Assembly (NCBI GenBank): GCA_021818065.1
Contig: JAKAFC010000001.1
Location: 1 to 50,662, forward strand
Length of the DNA stretch: 50,662 bases
Direction of reading: 5' to 3'
From: Pseudomonadota bacterium
GTDB lineage: Bacteria > Pseudomonadota > Gammaproteobacteria > Burkholderiales > Burkholderiaceae_C
Part shown: positions 10,295 to 22,415 of the stretch, one piece after another
Position numbering within the stretch: position 1 is the first letter of the stretch
Layout of the letters: the number at the start of each line of letters is the position of its first letter
Notes under the pieces: generated by a model
What the model was told of the DNA's origin: nothing
Database searches by the model: none
What the model saw: only the letters and a program-made list of their open reading frames with translations
Program-made: the position numbers and the translations under genes

Positions 10295-10561
10295 TGCGGA
10301 ACTGCATGGCGAAACGACCCCCTGACCCGCTGCGCGTGTCACCCCCCGCGGGGGGTGGCAGTTCCTTCGGAGCGGCCGTGCGGAACTGCATGATGAGACG
10401 ACCCCCTGACCCGCTAGGCGTGTCGCCCCCCGCGGGGGATGGCAGTTCCTTCGGAGCGGCCGTGCGGAACTGCATGGCAGAACGACCCCCTGACCCGCTG
10501 CGCGTGTCGCCCCCCGCGGGGGGTGGCAGTTCCTTCGGAGCGGCCGTGCGGAACTGCCATG
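10295..10561. repeat. Tandem array of three 84-bp GC-rich palindromic (REP-like) units plus partial copy
   Basis: GCGGAACTGC recurs at 10296, 10380, 10464, 10548; each unit has a C-run/GC/G-run palindrome and GGCAGTTCC...GGAACTGC inverted repeat. Confidence 0.95.
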
Positions 10562-11410
10562 CCTGAACTCCCCGAAGTCGAAGTCACGCGTCTGGGTTTG
10601 CAGCCTGCGCTGCAAGGCGCGCGGTTGCTGGCGTTACGCCTGGGCAAGCCGCTGCGCTGGCCGCTGGGCGTCGATCCGGAACAACTGGCCGGGCTGCGCG
10701 TGGACGCGCTGCGGCGGCGCGGCAAGTATCTGTTGCTGCACACCGAGGCGGGCGTGCTCATCGTGCATCTGGGCATGTCGGGCTCGCTGCGCTGGACGCC
10801 TGCGCCGCAGAACCCCGGCCCGCTGCTGGCCCACGATCATGCGCAGTGGCTGACCGATCGCGGCGAACTGCGTTTGCACGACCCGCGCCGCTTCGGCGCC
10901 GTGCTGTGGCATGCAGGATCCGATGTGGAGCAGCACCCGCTGCTGCGCGATCTGGGTCCTGAACCGCTGGAGCCGGATTTCGACGGCCCGGCGCTGCAAC
11001 GCGCCCTGCGCGGACGCAGCGCGGCCATCAAGCCGCTGCTGCTGTCGCAGCATATCGTTGCCGGGGTGGGCAATATCTACGCCTCCGAGGCGCTGTTCCG
11101 CGCTGGCATCGACCCGCGCACCCCTGCGGCGCACCTTAGCGCTGCCGACTGCCAGCGGCTGGCCGAAGCTGTCCGCCAGACTCTGCAGCAGGCGGTGACG
11201 CTGGGCGGCAGCAGTCTGCGCAACTTTGCCCATGCCGATGGCGAGCTGGGCTACTTTCAGATGCAGGCGCTGGTGTATGGACGCGAGGCCCAGCCCTGTC
11301 GCGTCTGCGCCACGCCGATCCGGCACATCGTGCAGGGCCAGCGCAGCAGCTATTTCTGTCCGAAGTGCCAAAAAATGCGCAAAGCCAAGGCCCGTGCGGG
11401 CTCGCGCTGA
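10559..11410 (+). CDS. mutM: Formamidopyrimidine-DNA glycosylase
   Basis: N-terminal [30 protein letters not shown]-terminal zinc finger CRVC...CPKCQ. Confidence 0.97.
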   Translation: MPELPEVEVTRLGLQPALQGARLLALRLGKPLRWPLGVDPEQLAGLRVDALRRRGKYLLLHTEAGVLIVHLGMSGSLRWTPAPQNPGPLLAHDHAQWLTDRGELRLHDPRRFGAVLWHAGSDVEQHPLLRDLGPEPLEPDFDGPALQRALRGRSAAIKPLLLSQHIVAGVGNIYASEALFRAGIDPRTPAAHLSAADCQRLAEAVRQTLQQAVTLGGSSLRNFAHADGELGYFQMQALVYGREAQPCRVCATPIRHIVQGQRSSYFCPKCQKMRKAKARAGSR

Positions 11411-11479
11411 TCGTCAAGCGGTGACGGCTGTGGTTTACTTTCTTCCACTCTGAACCCACCCGCCAGACGCCGAGCCGCG

Positions 11480-13408
11480 ATGAACCCGCACGTCGAAACT
11501 CCCATTCTCACCGCCGGTCTGTTCGACTACGCCGAATGGCGCGCCGAGCAGTTGCAGCGTGTCAAGTCTCTGCTGGCCTGGCTGGAGGAAAGCGGCCTGC
11601 AGGGGGACCAAGTGCGGCCGCTGCTGCAGCAGCAAATCACGCGGCTGGAGAACGACCGCATGACCCTGGCCTTCGTCGCCGAGTTCTCGCGCGGCAAGTC
11701 CGAGCTGATCAACGCCATGTTTTTCTCCGGGCACGGCCAGCGCATCCTGCCCGCCGGGGCCGGGCGCACCACCATGTGCCCGATGGAGCTGTTCTCCGAT
11801 GCCAGCCAGCCACGCGGCCTGCGTCTGTTGCCCATCGAAACCCGGCTGCAGTCGCAGACGCTGGCGCAGTGGAAATCCAGCCCGCAGGTGTGGACGGCGT
11901 TTGATCTGCCGACACAAGACGCCCAGGGCCTGGCGCAGGCGCTGACCCATCTGTCGGACACGCAGCGCGTGCCGCTGGCGCGGGCGCAGGAGCTGGGCTT
12001 CTTCCACTACGCTGACAGCCTTGCGGACCTCGGCGCCGACGCCCAGGGCGAAGTCGAGATTCCGCTGTGGCGTCATGCCCTGGTCAACTTCTCCCACCCG
12101 CTGCTCGATCAGGGTCTGGCCATCCTCGACACCCCGGGGTTGAACGCCGTGGGCGCCGAGCCCGAGCTGACGCTGTCGCTCATCCCGTCGGCCAACGCCG
12201 TGGTGTTCGTGCTCGGGGCCGACACCGGCGTCACCCGCAGCGATCTCGAGATCTGGAACCGCCACATCGCCCAGAGCAGCGGCGGGCAGACGCTGGTGGC
12301 GCTCAACAAGGTCGATGCGCTGTGGGACCCGCTGCTCACCGCGCCGCAAATCGCCGCCAGCGTCGCCCACCAGGTGCAGAGCACGGCGCAAACCCTGCGC
12401 CTGCCGGTCGATCGGGTGTTTCCGGTGTCGGCGCACAAGGCGCTGCTGGCCCGCATTCAAGCCGACAGCGCGCTGCTGGCGCGCTCGGGCATGGGGCAGC
12501 TCGAAAGCGCACTCAACCGCGCCGCCAACATCGACCGTCGGCGCATGCTGCAGGCTGCCCTGCACGACACCATCGGCCTGGTGCAAACCGAATTGGCGCA
12601 GCAACTGCGCGCCCAGCTCCACGAGGCCCAGGGCCAGCTCGACGCCCTGCTCAGCCTGCGCGGCAAGAACGCCAACATGGTGGTGCTCATGCTGCAACGC
12701 CTGGCGGCCGAGCGCAACGAATTCGACGCCGGCATGGCACAGGTTCTGGCGCTGCGCGCCGTCAACAACCGCATGCTGGAAAAGCTGCGCGAGCGCTTCG
12801 CCGCGCAGTCGGTGCTGCGCGATCTGGAGCAGCTCGAAGCCCGCGCGGCGCAGGCGCTGCTCAAGGTCGGCGTGAAGGCCGAACTCGGCCGCATCAGCGC
12901 CGACCTGCGTGCCCGGCTGGTGGACGCCGAAACACAGATCGAGGAAATCCGCCAGATGCTGGCCGCCGCCTTCACCCGCGCCAACAGCGAATTCGGCTTC
13001 ACCGTATCCGCGCCGCGGGTGCTGCGGCTGAGCGGCCTGACGCAGGAGTTCGATCGGGTCAGCCAGGCCTACGTCGAGCACCTGTCGGGCGTGAACTGGC
13101 TCAAGCTGCAGAACAACGCCTACACCCTGCGCACCCTTCGCGCCCTGTCGGCCCGCGTGCGCGATCTGTTCGAGCGGGCGCTGCACGACGTGGAAAACTG
13201 GGATCGTTCGGCCATTGCGCAGCTCGACAGCCAGGTGCGCGAGCGCAAAAAGCAACTCAACCGTCGTCTGTCCACGCTGCAGCGCATCGAGGACACCAAG
13301 GACAGCCTGCACGACCGCGTCGGCGAGTTGCAAGCGCAGATCGCGCAAATCGGTGCCCTGCAACGTGGGTTGGAGTCGCAGGTCGCCGCGTTCGACGACC
13401 CCGCCTGA
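11480..13408 (+). CDS. Dynamin-family (bacterial dynamin-like) GTPase
   Basis: G1 AEFSRGKS, G2 GRTTMCP, G3 DTPG, G4 NKVD; long helical/coiled-coil C-terminus. Confidence 0.8.
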   Translation: MNPHVETPILTAGLFDYAEWRAEQLQRVKSLLAWLEESGLQGDQVRPLLQQQITRLENDRMTLAFVAEFSRGKSELINAMFFSGHGQRILPAGAGRTTMCPMELFSDASQPRGLRLLPIETRLQSQTLAQWKSSPQVWTAFDLPTQDAQGLAQALTHLSDTQRVPLARAQELGFFHYADSLADLGADAQGEVEIPLWRHALVNFSHPLLDQGLAILDTPGLNAVGAEPELTLSLIPSANAVVFVLGADTGVTRSDLEIWNRHIAQSSGGQTLVALNKVDALWDPLLTAPQIAASVAHQVQSTAQTLRLPVDRVFPVSAHKALLARIQADSALLARSGMGQLESALNRAANIDRRRMLQAALHDTIGLVQTELAQQLRAQLHEAQGQLDALLSLRGKNANMVVLMLQRLAAERNEFDAGMAQVLALRAVNNRMLEKLRERFAAQSVLRDLEQLEARAAQALLKVGVKAELGRISADLRARLVDAETQIEEIRQMLAAAFTRANSEFGFTVSAPRVLRLSGLTQEFDRVSQAYVEHLSGVNWLKLQNNAYTLRTLRALSARVRDLFERALHDVENWDRSAIAQLDSQVRERKKQLNRRLSTLQRIEDTKDSLHDRVGELQAQIAQIGALQRGLESQVAAFDDPA

Positions 13409-13554
13409 CTGCCGGTCAACCCTGGCCGCTGCCGCAGCCGTGCGCGCCACTGGCAGTCGCCGCATCAAGGCGCTGTAGCACCGCCGATTCCCGCCGCGCG
13501 CCGCGCTGGCACAATGCGGCGCGTCGTTGTCCACCGCGTCTGCCCCATCCCACC

Positions 13555-14682
13555 GTGCCCAGAACCACCTGCCCCGGCGCCGCCGCCCCGCCCGAGACCG
13601 GCCCGGCGCATTTTGCCCAGCGGCTGGTGGATTGGCAGCGCACATTCGGCCGTCATGACCTGCCCTGGCAGGTGCGCGATCCCTACCGCGTCTGGCTGTC
13701 CGAAATCATGCTGCAGCAAACCCAGGTCAGCGTGGTCATGGGCTACTTCGCCCGATTCACCGCGCGCTTTCCCACGGTGCAGGCGCTGGCCGAGGCGCCG
13801 CAGGATGCCGTGCTCGCCGCCTGGAGCGGTCTGGGCTACTACCGCCGCGCACGCTATCTGCACCAATGCGCGCAGCAGGTGGTGCAGCGGTATGGCGGGC
13901 GCTTTCCATCCAGCGCCGCCGAGCTTGTCACGCTGCCTGGCATCGGCCCATCGACGGCGGCGGCCATCGCCGCATTCTGCTTCGACGAGCGCGCCGCCAT
14001 TCTGGACGGCAACGTGCAGCGCGTGCTCTGCCGCAGCCATGGCATCGCCGACCCGCTGCCCAGCGCCACCACCACCCGTCGCCTTTGGGCGCTGGCCCGC
14101 GCCCTGCTGCCTGAGGCCGACGCCATCGCTGCCTACACCCAGGGTCTGATGGATTTAGGCGCGACCGTCTGCAAGCCGCGCCAGCCCGCCTGCGAGCAAT
14201 GCCCGTTCGCCGCCGACTGCCAGGCCCGCCGTGGCGGCGATCCGCAACGGCTGCCGGTCCGCGCCGCTGCGGCCCGAGCCCGACCCGTGCACCACACCGT
14301 GATGCTGTGGCTGCACCAACCCGGACGCGACGACTGTTGGCTGGAGCAACGCGGCCACGACGGGGTCTGGCCAGGTCTGTGGAGCCTGCCGCTGTTCGAC
14401 ACCCAGGAGCTGGCACTGGCCTACGCGGCGCGGCATGGCAGCGTGCTCGGCCTGAAGGCCCTGGCGCCCTTCCGACATGGATTCACCCACTTCGAGCTGG
14501 TGGTGCAGCCGTTGCAGGTCGCGCTGCTGCCGCAGCCGCACGCCGCGGAGAACGCAGCGGCAGCGGGGCAATGGGTGGCGCGCAGCGAGGCGGCGCAACG
14601 CGGGCTGCCCGCTCCGGTGCGCAAGCTGCTGAGCCGTGGTCTCGCCCTGCAAGACCCACCGCAGCAGGCCTTGCTGGAATAA
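13555..14682 (+). CDS. mutY: A/G-specific adenine glycosylase
   Basis: GRHDLPWQ, WLSEIMLQQTQV, GLGYYRRAR, LPGIGPSTA, DGNV, 4Fe-4S cysteines; GTG start at 13555 is inferred. Confidence 0.93.
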   Translation: MPRTTCPGAAAPPETGPAHFAQRLVDWQRTFGRHDLPWQVRDPYRVWLSEIMLQQTQVSVVMGYFARFTARFPTVQALAEAPQDAVLAAWSGLGYYRRARYLHQCAQQVVQRYGGRFPSSAAELVTLPGIGPSTAAAIAAFCFDERAAILDGNVQRVLCRSHGIADPLPSATTTRRLWALARALLPEADAIAAYTQGLMDLGATVCKPRQPACEQCPFAADCQARRGGDPQRLPVRAAAARARPVHHTVMLWLHQPGRDDCWLEQRGHDGVWPGLWSLPLFDTQELALAYAARHGSVLGLKALAPFRHGFTHFELVVQPLQVALLPQPHAAENAAAAGQWVARSEAAQRGLPAPVRKLLSRGLALQDPPQQALLE

Positions 14683-14685
14683 GCA

Positions 14686-15822
14686 TCAAACGATGGCCAG
14701 GTGGCCGGTGTCGCCGCCGATGTCGGAATTGCGGGCGCGCTTGCTGTCGAGCTTGATGCGCAGACGCAGGTCGTTGACTGAATCGGCGTTGCGCAGCGCG
14801 TCTTCGTAAGTAATTTTGTCGGCATCGAACAGTTCGAACAGCGACTGGTCGAAGGTCTGCATGCCCAGCTCGCGCGAGCGCTTCATCACATCCTTGATCT
14901 CGGTGAGCTTGCCCTCGAAGATCTGGTCGGCAATCAGCGGCGAATTGATCATGATTTCCACCGCGGCCACCCGCCCCTTGCCGGTCTGCAGCGGCACCAG
15001 GCGCTGCGACACCAGGGCGCGCAGGTTGAGCGACAAGTCCATCAACAACTGCGCACGGCGCTCCTCGGGGAAGAAGTTGATGATGCGATCGAGCGCCTGG
15101 TTGGCGTTGTTGGCGTGCAGCGTGGCCAGCACGAGGTGGCCGGTCTCGGAAAACACCACGGCGTGTTCCATGGTTTCGCGGTCACGGATTTCGCCCATCA
15201 GAATGACATCGGGCGCCTGGCGCAGGGTGTTTTTCAGCGCCGCTTCCCAGCTCTCGGTGTCGAGCCCGACCTCGCGCTGGGTGACGATGCAGTTCTTGTG
15301 CGGATGCACGAACTCGATCGGGTCTTCGACCGTGATGATGTGGCCGTGCGAGTTTTCGTTGCGGAAGTCGAGCATGGCCGCCATCGAGGTCGACTTGCCC
15401 GAGCCGGTGGCGCCGACAAAGATGATGAGCCCGCGCTTGTGCATCGCCAGGGTCTTGAGCACCTGCGGCAGGCCGAGCGCGTCGATCGATGGCAGCTCAT
15501 TGGGAATCTGCCGCAGCACGATACCCACCTTGCCCTGTTGCATGAAGGCGTTGCAGCGGTAGCGGCTCAGCCCCGCCGGCGAGATGGCGAAGTTGCACTC
15601 CTTGGTGCGTTCGAACTCGGCCGACTGCTTGTCGTTCATGATCGAACGCGCCAGCGCCAGAGTGTGCTGACCCGTGAGCGGCTGCGACGACAGCTTGGAC
15701 ACCGCACCATCGACCTTGATGGCCGGAGGAAAGTCTGCCGTCAGAAACAGGTCGGAGCCGCCCCGGCTGACCATCAGCTTGAGCAGATCGTTGATGAATT
15801 TGGAAGCCTGATCACGATCCAT
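14686..15822 (-). CDS. pilU: Type IV pilus retraction ATPase PilU
   Basis: GATGSGKSTS, ALKNTLRQAPD, LHANNANQALDRIINFF. Confidence 0.93.
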   Translation of the reverse strand: MDRDQASKFINDLLKLMVSRGGSDLFLTADFPPAIKVDGAVSKLSSQPLTGQHTLALARSIMNDKQSAEFERTKECNFAISPAGLSRYRCNAFMQQGKVGIVLRQIPNELPSIDALGLPQVLKTLAMHKRGLIIFVGATGSGKSTSMAAMLDFRNENSHGHIITVEDPIEFVHPHKNCIVTQREVGLDTESWEAALKNTLRQAPDVILMGEIRDRETMEHAVVFSETGHLVLATLHANNANQALDRIINFFPEERRAQLLMDLSLNLRALVSQRLVPLQTGKGRVAAVEIMINSPLIADQIFEGKLTEIKDVMKRSRELGMQTFDQSLFELFDADKITYEDALRNADSVNDLRLRIKLDSKRARNSDIGGDTGHLAIV

Positions 15823-15887
15823 ACGCCCCCCAGCGTTTGTCGGTTGTCTCGGTGTTGTGCATCCGGCCCGGGCACGCGCGGCGCGCT

Positions 15888-16526
15888 TCAGCCGCCCGGC
15901 GACGTGGCCGCCACACGGGCGCTGAGCTTGCGCAGCCGCAGCGACAGCCGCCGCGCCAGCGAGCCGATGAGGCGGCAGGCCGCGGCCGGGTCTTGCGCGA
16001 TCATGCGGTCGAGGTCGCTGGCTTCGAGCACGGCGATTTCGCTGTCGGTCAGCGTGGTGCAGTACGACCAGCGCGGCGCGGCATCCACCAGCGACATCTC
16101 GCCCAGCATGCTGCCGGCGCGCACTTCGGTCAGCCGCAGGCGGTCGCCCCAGGGCTGCAGACGGTCCACCGCCACGGCGCCGCGCAGCAGCACCACCATG
16201 AAGCTGCCGGTCTCACCCTGAGCGATCAGGTCGGCGTTGGCCTTGACCGTGTAGAAGTGGAAGTATTTGACACAGCGCTCCAGGTCGGCGGGCGTCAGAC
16301 CGGCCATGTACTTGTCTTGTTGCCAGAGTTCGAGCAGGCGCTGGCCGCCCGCGGTGCGCGACAGCTTGGTGGCGCCGATTTCGGTCGAACGCTGCGTCCA
16401 GTCCACCACGCTGTCGAGACTGGAAACTTCGGCATCGTGAAAGCCGGTGGTGAAGAACTGCGACTCCGGCGCGTCGTCCACCGTGTCCTTGCGGGCCCCG
16501 CCGCGCAATTTGTCAAAGAGTTTCAT
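15888..16526 (-). CDS. Cyclic nucleotide-binding domain protein (no clear HTH)
   Basis: LIAQGETG, VLLRGAV, GSMLGEMSL, PRWS phosphate-binding cassette. Confidence 0.8.
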   Translation of the reverse strand: MKLFDKLRGGARKDTVDDAPESQFFTTGFHDAEVSSLDSVVDWTQRSTEIGATKLSRTAGGQRLLELWQQDKYMAGLTPADLERCVKYFHFYTVKANADLIAQGETGSFMVVLLRGAVAVDRLQPWGDRLRLTEVRAGSMLGEMSLVDAAPRWSYCTTLTDSEIAVLEASDLDRMIAQDPAAACRLIGSLARRLSLRLRKLSARVAATSPGG

Positions 16527-16590
16527 GGCCTGCCGTGTGCGTGGAATGCTGGAAGTGGGGAGGTGCCGCCTGGGCGTGCCCGAAGCCGCC

Positions 16591-17637
16591 TCAGGCGCCG
16601 GGGAAGTTCTCGGGCTGCTTCGCCTTGGTGCGAGCCTCGGTGGCGGAGATGACGTTGCGCTTGACCAGATCGGCCAGGTTCTGATCGAGCGTCTGCATGC
16701 CGAAGGACTGGCTGGTCTGAATCATGGAATACATCTGCGCCACTTTGTTCTCGCGGATGAGGTTGCGAATGGCCGGCGTGCCGATCATGATCTCGTGCGC
16801 CGCCACCCGGCCCGAACCGTCCTTCTTCTTGCACAACGTTTGCGAGATGACACCCACCAGCGCTTCGGACAGCATGGCGCGCACCATTTCCTTTTCCTCG
16901 GCCGGAAACACGTCGACGATACGGTCGATGGTCTTGGGGGCGGACGAAGTGTGCAGCGTGGCGAACACCAGGTGGCCGGTCTCGGAGGCGGTCAGCGCCA
17001 GGCGGATGGTCTCCAAGTCGCGCATTTCGCCCACCAGAATGGCGTCCGGGTCTTCGCGCAGCGCCGAGCGCAGGGCGTTGGCAAAACTCAGGGTGTGCGG
17101 GCCGACTTCACGCTGGTTGATCAGCGCCTTTTTCGACTGGTGGACGAACTCGATCGGGTCTTCGATGGTGAGGATGTGGCCGTACTCGGTCTCGTTGTAG
17201 TGGTTGATCATCGCCGCCAGGGTGGTGGACTTGCCCGAGCCCGTCGGCCCGGTCACCAACACTAGGCCGCGCGGCTTGAGCGAGAGTTCGGCAAAGATCT
17301 TGGGCGCGTTGAGGTCGTCGAGGGTGAGCACCTTGCTCGGAATGGTGCGGAACACCGCGCCGGCGCCGCGCGACTGATTGAAGGCATTGACGCGAAACCG
17401 CGCCAGCGAGGGGATCTCGAAGGAGAAATCGACCTCGAGGAATTCTTCATAGTGCTTGCGCTGCGCGTCGCTCATGATGTCGTACACCATGGCGTGCACC
17501 GCTTTGTGGTCCAGCGGCTCGACGTTGATGCGCCGCACGTCGCCGTGCACCCGGATCATGGGCGGCAGGCCGGCCGACAGATGCAGGTCGGATGCGTCGT
17601 TCTTGACGCTGAATGCAAGCAGTTGCGTGATGTCCAA
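16591..17637 (-). CDS. pilT: Type IV pilus retraction ATPase PilT
   Basis: MDITQLLAFSVKN, GPTGSGKSTT, ALRSALREDPD, AIRNLIRE motif; TTG start. Confidence 0.96.
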   Translation of the reverse strand: MDITQLLAFSVKNDASDLHLSAGLPPMIRVHGDVRRINVEPLDHKAVHAMVYDIMSDAQRKHYEEFLEVDFSFEIPSLARFRVNAFNQSRGAGAVFRTIPSKVLTLDDLNAPKIFAELSLKPRGLVLVTGPTGSGKSTTLAAMINHYNETEYGHILTIEDPIEFVHQSKKALINQREVGPHTLSFANALRSALREDPDAILVGEMRDLETIRLALTASETGHLVFATLHTSSAPKTIDRIVDVFPAEEKEMVRAMLSEALVGVISQTLCKKKDGSGRVAAHEIMIGTPAIRNLIRENKVAQMYSMIQTSQSFGMQTLDQNLADLVKRNVISATEARTKAKQPENFPGA

Positions 17638-17829
17638 GCGATGTCTCCCCCGAGCAGGCTTGTGCGTGAATCGTGCCTAAGCGATTCGGCTATCTTAAGG
17701 TCAGAAATGCAAATTCCGACAAATCGCCGCCGTACAGGGCGCGGTTTTGTTGCGGCGACCCCCTTGTTTCGTCGCGTTTCTCTTTGTCGCCGCGTGTCCT
17801 GCTTCGGCCGCTTTCCTGCTCACCCGCCC

Positions 17830-18528
17830 ATGTCGCTCGATCCACTCGCCGCCGTCCACCAGCGCATCGCCCAGGCCGCCCAGCAGGCCAGGCGCGACCC
17901 CCGCAGCATCTGCCTGCTGGCCGTGTCCAAGACCTTTCCCGCGTCCGAGGTCGCCCGCGTCGCCGCGCTCGGCCAGACCGCGTTCGGCGAGAACTATGTG
18001 CAGGAAGCGGTGGACAAGATCACCGCCCTGCGCCCCGACTGGCCCGGGCTGCAGTGGCACTTCATCGGCCCGCTGCAGAGCAACAAGACCCGTGAGGTGG
18101 CCGTGCACTTCGACTGGATGCACAGCATCGACCGGCTGAAAATCGCCCAGCGCCTCAGCGCACAGCGCCCGGCCGAGCTGCCGCCGCTGCAAGTCTGCAT
18201 CGAGGTCAACGTGGATGGCGAAGCCAGCAAGAGCGGCGTGCCGCCCGAGCAGGCCGGGGCGATGGCGGCGGCCGTGGCGGCGCTGCCCGGGCTGCGTCTG
18301 CGTGGCCTGATGGGCATTCCCGCCCCGCGCCAGGGGCTGGCGGCGCAGCGCCAGCCCTTCGCCCAACTGCGCGCGCTGCGCGACACCATCGCCGCCGAGC
18401 ATGGCTTGGAGCTCGACACCCTGTCCATGGGCATGAGCGCCGATCTGGAGGCCGCCATCCTCGAAGGCGCCACCATGGTGCGCGTGGGCTCGGCGATCTT
18501 CGGCCCGCGCGCCAAGCCGCAGGCATAA
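17830..18528 (+). CDS. yggS: PLP homeostasis protein YggS
   Basis: LLAVSKT, FGENYVQE, WHFIGPLQSNK, LSMGMS; divergent from pilT as usual. Confidence 0.93.
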   Translation: MSLDPLAAVHQRIAQAAQQARRDPRSICLLAVSKTFPASEVARVAALGQTAFGENYVQEAVDKITALRPDWPGLQWHFIGPLQSNKTREVAVHFDWMHSIDRLKIAQRLSAQRPAELPPLQVCIEVNVDGEASKSGVPPEQAGAMAAAVAALPGLRLRGLMGIPAPRQGLAAQRQPFAQLRALRDTIAAEHGLELDTLSMGMSADLEAAILEGATMVRVGSAIFGPRAKPQA

Positions 18529-18554
18529 ACTGAGGCGGCCTTGGCCGTCGGGCT

Positions 18555-18905
18555 TCAAGCGAAGCGTCGCAGATCAAGCAGCGCCGCTCCCTGGGCGCGT
18601 TGCCTGGCTGCGGCCAGTTGCAGCGCGCTGGCGTCGGCTGCGGCGACGGCGCGGATGGTGCGCTCCCAAGTGGCGATCTGCTGCGGCAGGGTGGCGCAAT
18701 ACAGCAGCGTGGTGCCGCGCTGTACGGCGAGCACTGGAAAGTTCTCCGGCTCGTAGCCGTCCAGGGCGTCGGCCTGGTCCTCGACATCCACCCACAACCA
18801 CCGGGCCTGCGGAAAGCGCTCAGCCAGCGCGGTGAATTGCGGCTGCCAGTCGCGGCACACACCGCACCATTGCGCGCACAGACAGGCCACGAGCAGCGGT
18901 TCCAT
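18555..18905 (-). CDS. Thioredoxin-fold protein
   Basis: ACLCAQWCGVC, WVDVED, ENFP cis-Pro loop. Confidence 0.75.
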   Translation of the reverse strand: MEPLLVACLCAQWCGVCRDWQPQFTALAERFPQARWLWVDVEDQADALDGYEPENFPVLAVQRGTTLLYCATLPQQIATWERTIRAVAAADASALQLAAARQRAQGAALLDLRRFA

Positions 18906-18929
18906 GCCGCAAGATACGGACCGCGGCGC

Positions 18930-20594
<1,665 letters not shown>

Positions 20595-20861
20595 CTGGTT
20601 CCTGAAAGGGTGTAGAAGACATGCACCTGCTGGGCGCAGGGCTTGCCCGTATTGTCGCTGCTCGGACACGGCACTTACGCAGTGCAGCATGAATTCCACT
20701 ACCATAGCGGCTAGCGGCCATGTCCAGTCTCCCAGCCGCAGTCACTTTTGACTCCTGCCGAGCCTCTCGGCCCACTCCATCTGTTGCAGACTGGCGCGCC
20801 TCCACGGCGTGGTGGCAGAGTCTTGGGGCAGTTGTTACACCGCCCCGTGAAAGCTTCTCAC

Positions 20862-22415
20862 ATGTCTTTTCAAGATCTGGGCTTGATCGAGCCCATCGTG
20901 CGCGCCGTTGCCGAACAAGGCTACACCGAGCCCACCCCCATTCAACGCCAAGCCATTCCGGTCGTCCTGGCCGGCCATGACCTGCTCGCTGCCGCGCAGA
21001 CCGGCACCGGCAAGACCGCGGGCTTCACCCTGCCGCTGCTGCAACGCCTGGGCGGCGGCGAGTCCGCACGCAACGCCAAGGGCAAGGCCATTCCCCGTGC
21101 CCTCATCCTCACGCCAACGCGCGAACTCGCCGCGCAGGTGCATGAAAACCTTGCCGCCTATGGGCGCCATCTCAAGTTGCAGAGCATGACCATGTACGGC
21201 GGCGTCGGCATGCAGCCGCAGATCAACGCCCTGGCGCGCGGCATGGACATCGTCGTCGCCACGCCCGGCCGCCTGCTCGACCATCACAGCCAGCGCAACA
21301 TCGACCTGTCGGCCGTGCAGATGCTGGTGCTCGACGAAGCCGACCGCATGCTCGACATGGGCTTCGTCCACGACATGCGCCGCATCGTCGCCTTGTTACC
21401 CAAGCAGCGCCAGAACCTGCTGTTCTCGGCCACCTTCTCCGACGACATCAAGCGCCTGGCCGGCGACTTCCTGGTCAACCCGCAACAGGTGAGCGTGGCG
21501 CGGCAGAACGCCACCGCCGACCTGGTCGAGCAAATCGTCTTCCCCGTCGACCGCGACCGCAAACGCGACATGCTGGTGCACCTCATCCGCGAGCGCAACT
21601 GGGAACAGACGCTGGTGTTCACCCGCACCAAGCACGGCGCCAACCGCCTCGCCGAACAACTCGACAAGGACGGCCTGAAAGCCACCGGCTTTCACGGCAA
21701 CAAGACGCAATCGGCCCGCCTGCGCGCCCTCGCCGACTTCAAGAGCGGCAAGCTCCAAGTGCTGGTGGCCACCGACATCGCCGCCCGCGGCATCGACATC
21801 GACCAACTCCCCGTGGTGGTGAATTACGAACTGCCCAACATCCCCGAAGACTATGTGCACCGCATCGGCCGCACCGGCCGCGCCGGCAGCACAGGCCAGG
21901 CGGTTTCGCTGGTGTGCGTGGACGAACTCGGCTTCCTGCGCGACATCGAGAAATTGGTGCGCAACCCCATTGCGCAGCAGGTGATCCCCGGCTTCGAGCC
22001 CGATCCCAACGCCAAGGCGCAACCCATCGTGATGGGCCGCACCGTGCTGCATGGCGGTGAACGCCGCGGCGGTGCCAGCGGTCAAGGCCAGCGCCGCCAA
22101 GGCTCTGGCGCACCAGGCGCAGCCCAGGGAACCCGACGCGGCGACAGCCGTCCCGGCCAGGGTCGGCCGCAGGCCCCGGTGAGCGCCAAGCCGCAAGGCC
22201 AGCGCCAGTCCGGCGTGGGCAGCAAAGCAACTTCGAGCAGCCTGCCGCCCGAGCGCCGCGCCGACTCCTGGCAAAGCACGCCCTGGGTCGAACTCGATCT
22301 GCCGCCGCACATGCGCAACGGCCAGGGCCGGGGGCGTCGCCCGTCTGGCAGTGGCGGCCAGAACGCCGGCTTCGGCGGCCAACGCCGCCAGGGTGGGGGT
22401 CAACGGGGGCGTTGA
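20862..22415 (+). CDS. rhlE: DEAD-box RNA helicase (RhlE-like)
   Basis: Q motif, [31 protein letters not shown]; basic Gly/Arg/Gln tail. Confidence 0.9.
   Translation: MSFQDLGLIEPIVRAVAEQGYTEPTPIQRQAIPVVLAGHDLLAAAQTGTGKTAGFTLPLLQRLGGGESARNAKGKAIPRALILTPTRELAAQVHENLAAYGRHLKLQSMTMYGGVGMQPQINALARGMDIVVATPGRLLDHHSQRNIDLSAVQMLVLDEADRMLDMGFVHDMRRIVALLPKQRQNLLFSATFSDDIKRLAGDFLVNPQQVSVARQNATADLVEQIVFPVDRDRKRDMLVHLIRERNWEQTLVFTRTKHGANRLAEQLDKDGLKATGFHGNKTQSARLRALADFKSGKLQVLVATDIAARGIDIDQLPVVVNYELPNIPEDYVHRIGRTGRAGSTGQAVSLVCVDELGFLRDIEKLVRNPIAQQVIPGFEPDPNAKAQPIVMGRTVLHGGERRGGASGQGQRRQGSGAPGAAQGTRRGDSRPGQGRPQAPVSAKPQGQRQSGVGSKATSSSLPPERRADSWQSTPWVELDLPPHMRNGQGRGRRPSGSGGQNAGFGGQRRQGGGQRGR

Noticed and set aside
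10170-10475. 102-aa N-terminal extension of the TPR protein (and 40-aa extension of MutM)
   Set aside because: Artefact of the stop-free repeat; the signal peptide starts at 10169 and MutM needs its N-terminal Pro
10295-10561. CRISPR array
   Set aside because: Units are 84 bp with only ~5 variable nt, no unique spacers, no cas genes
12067-13554. 871-aa MutY fusion
   Set aside because: Upstream part is an off-frame overlap with the dynamin gene; MutY homology starts near 13610
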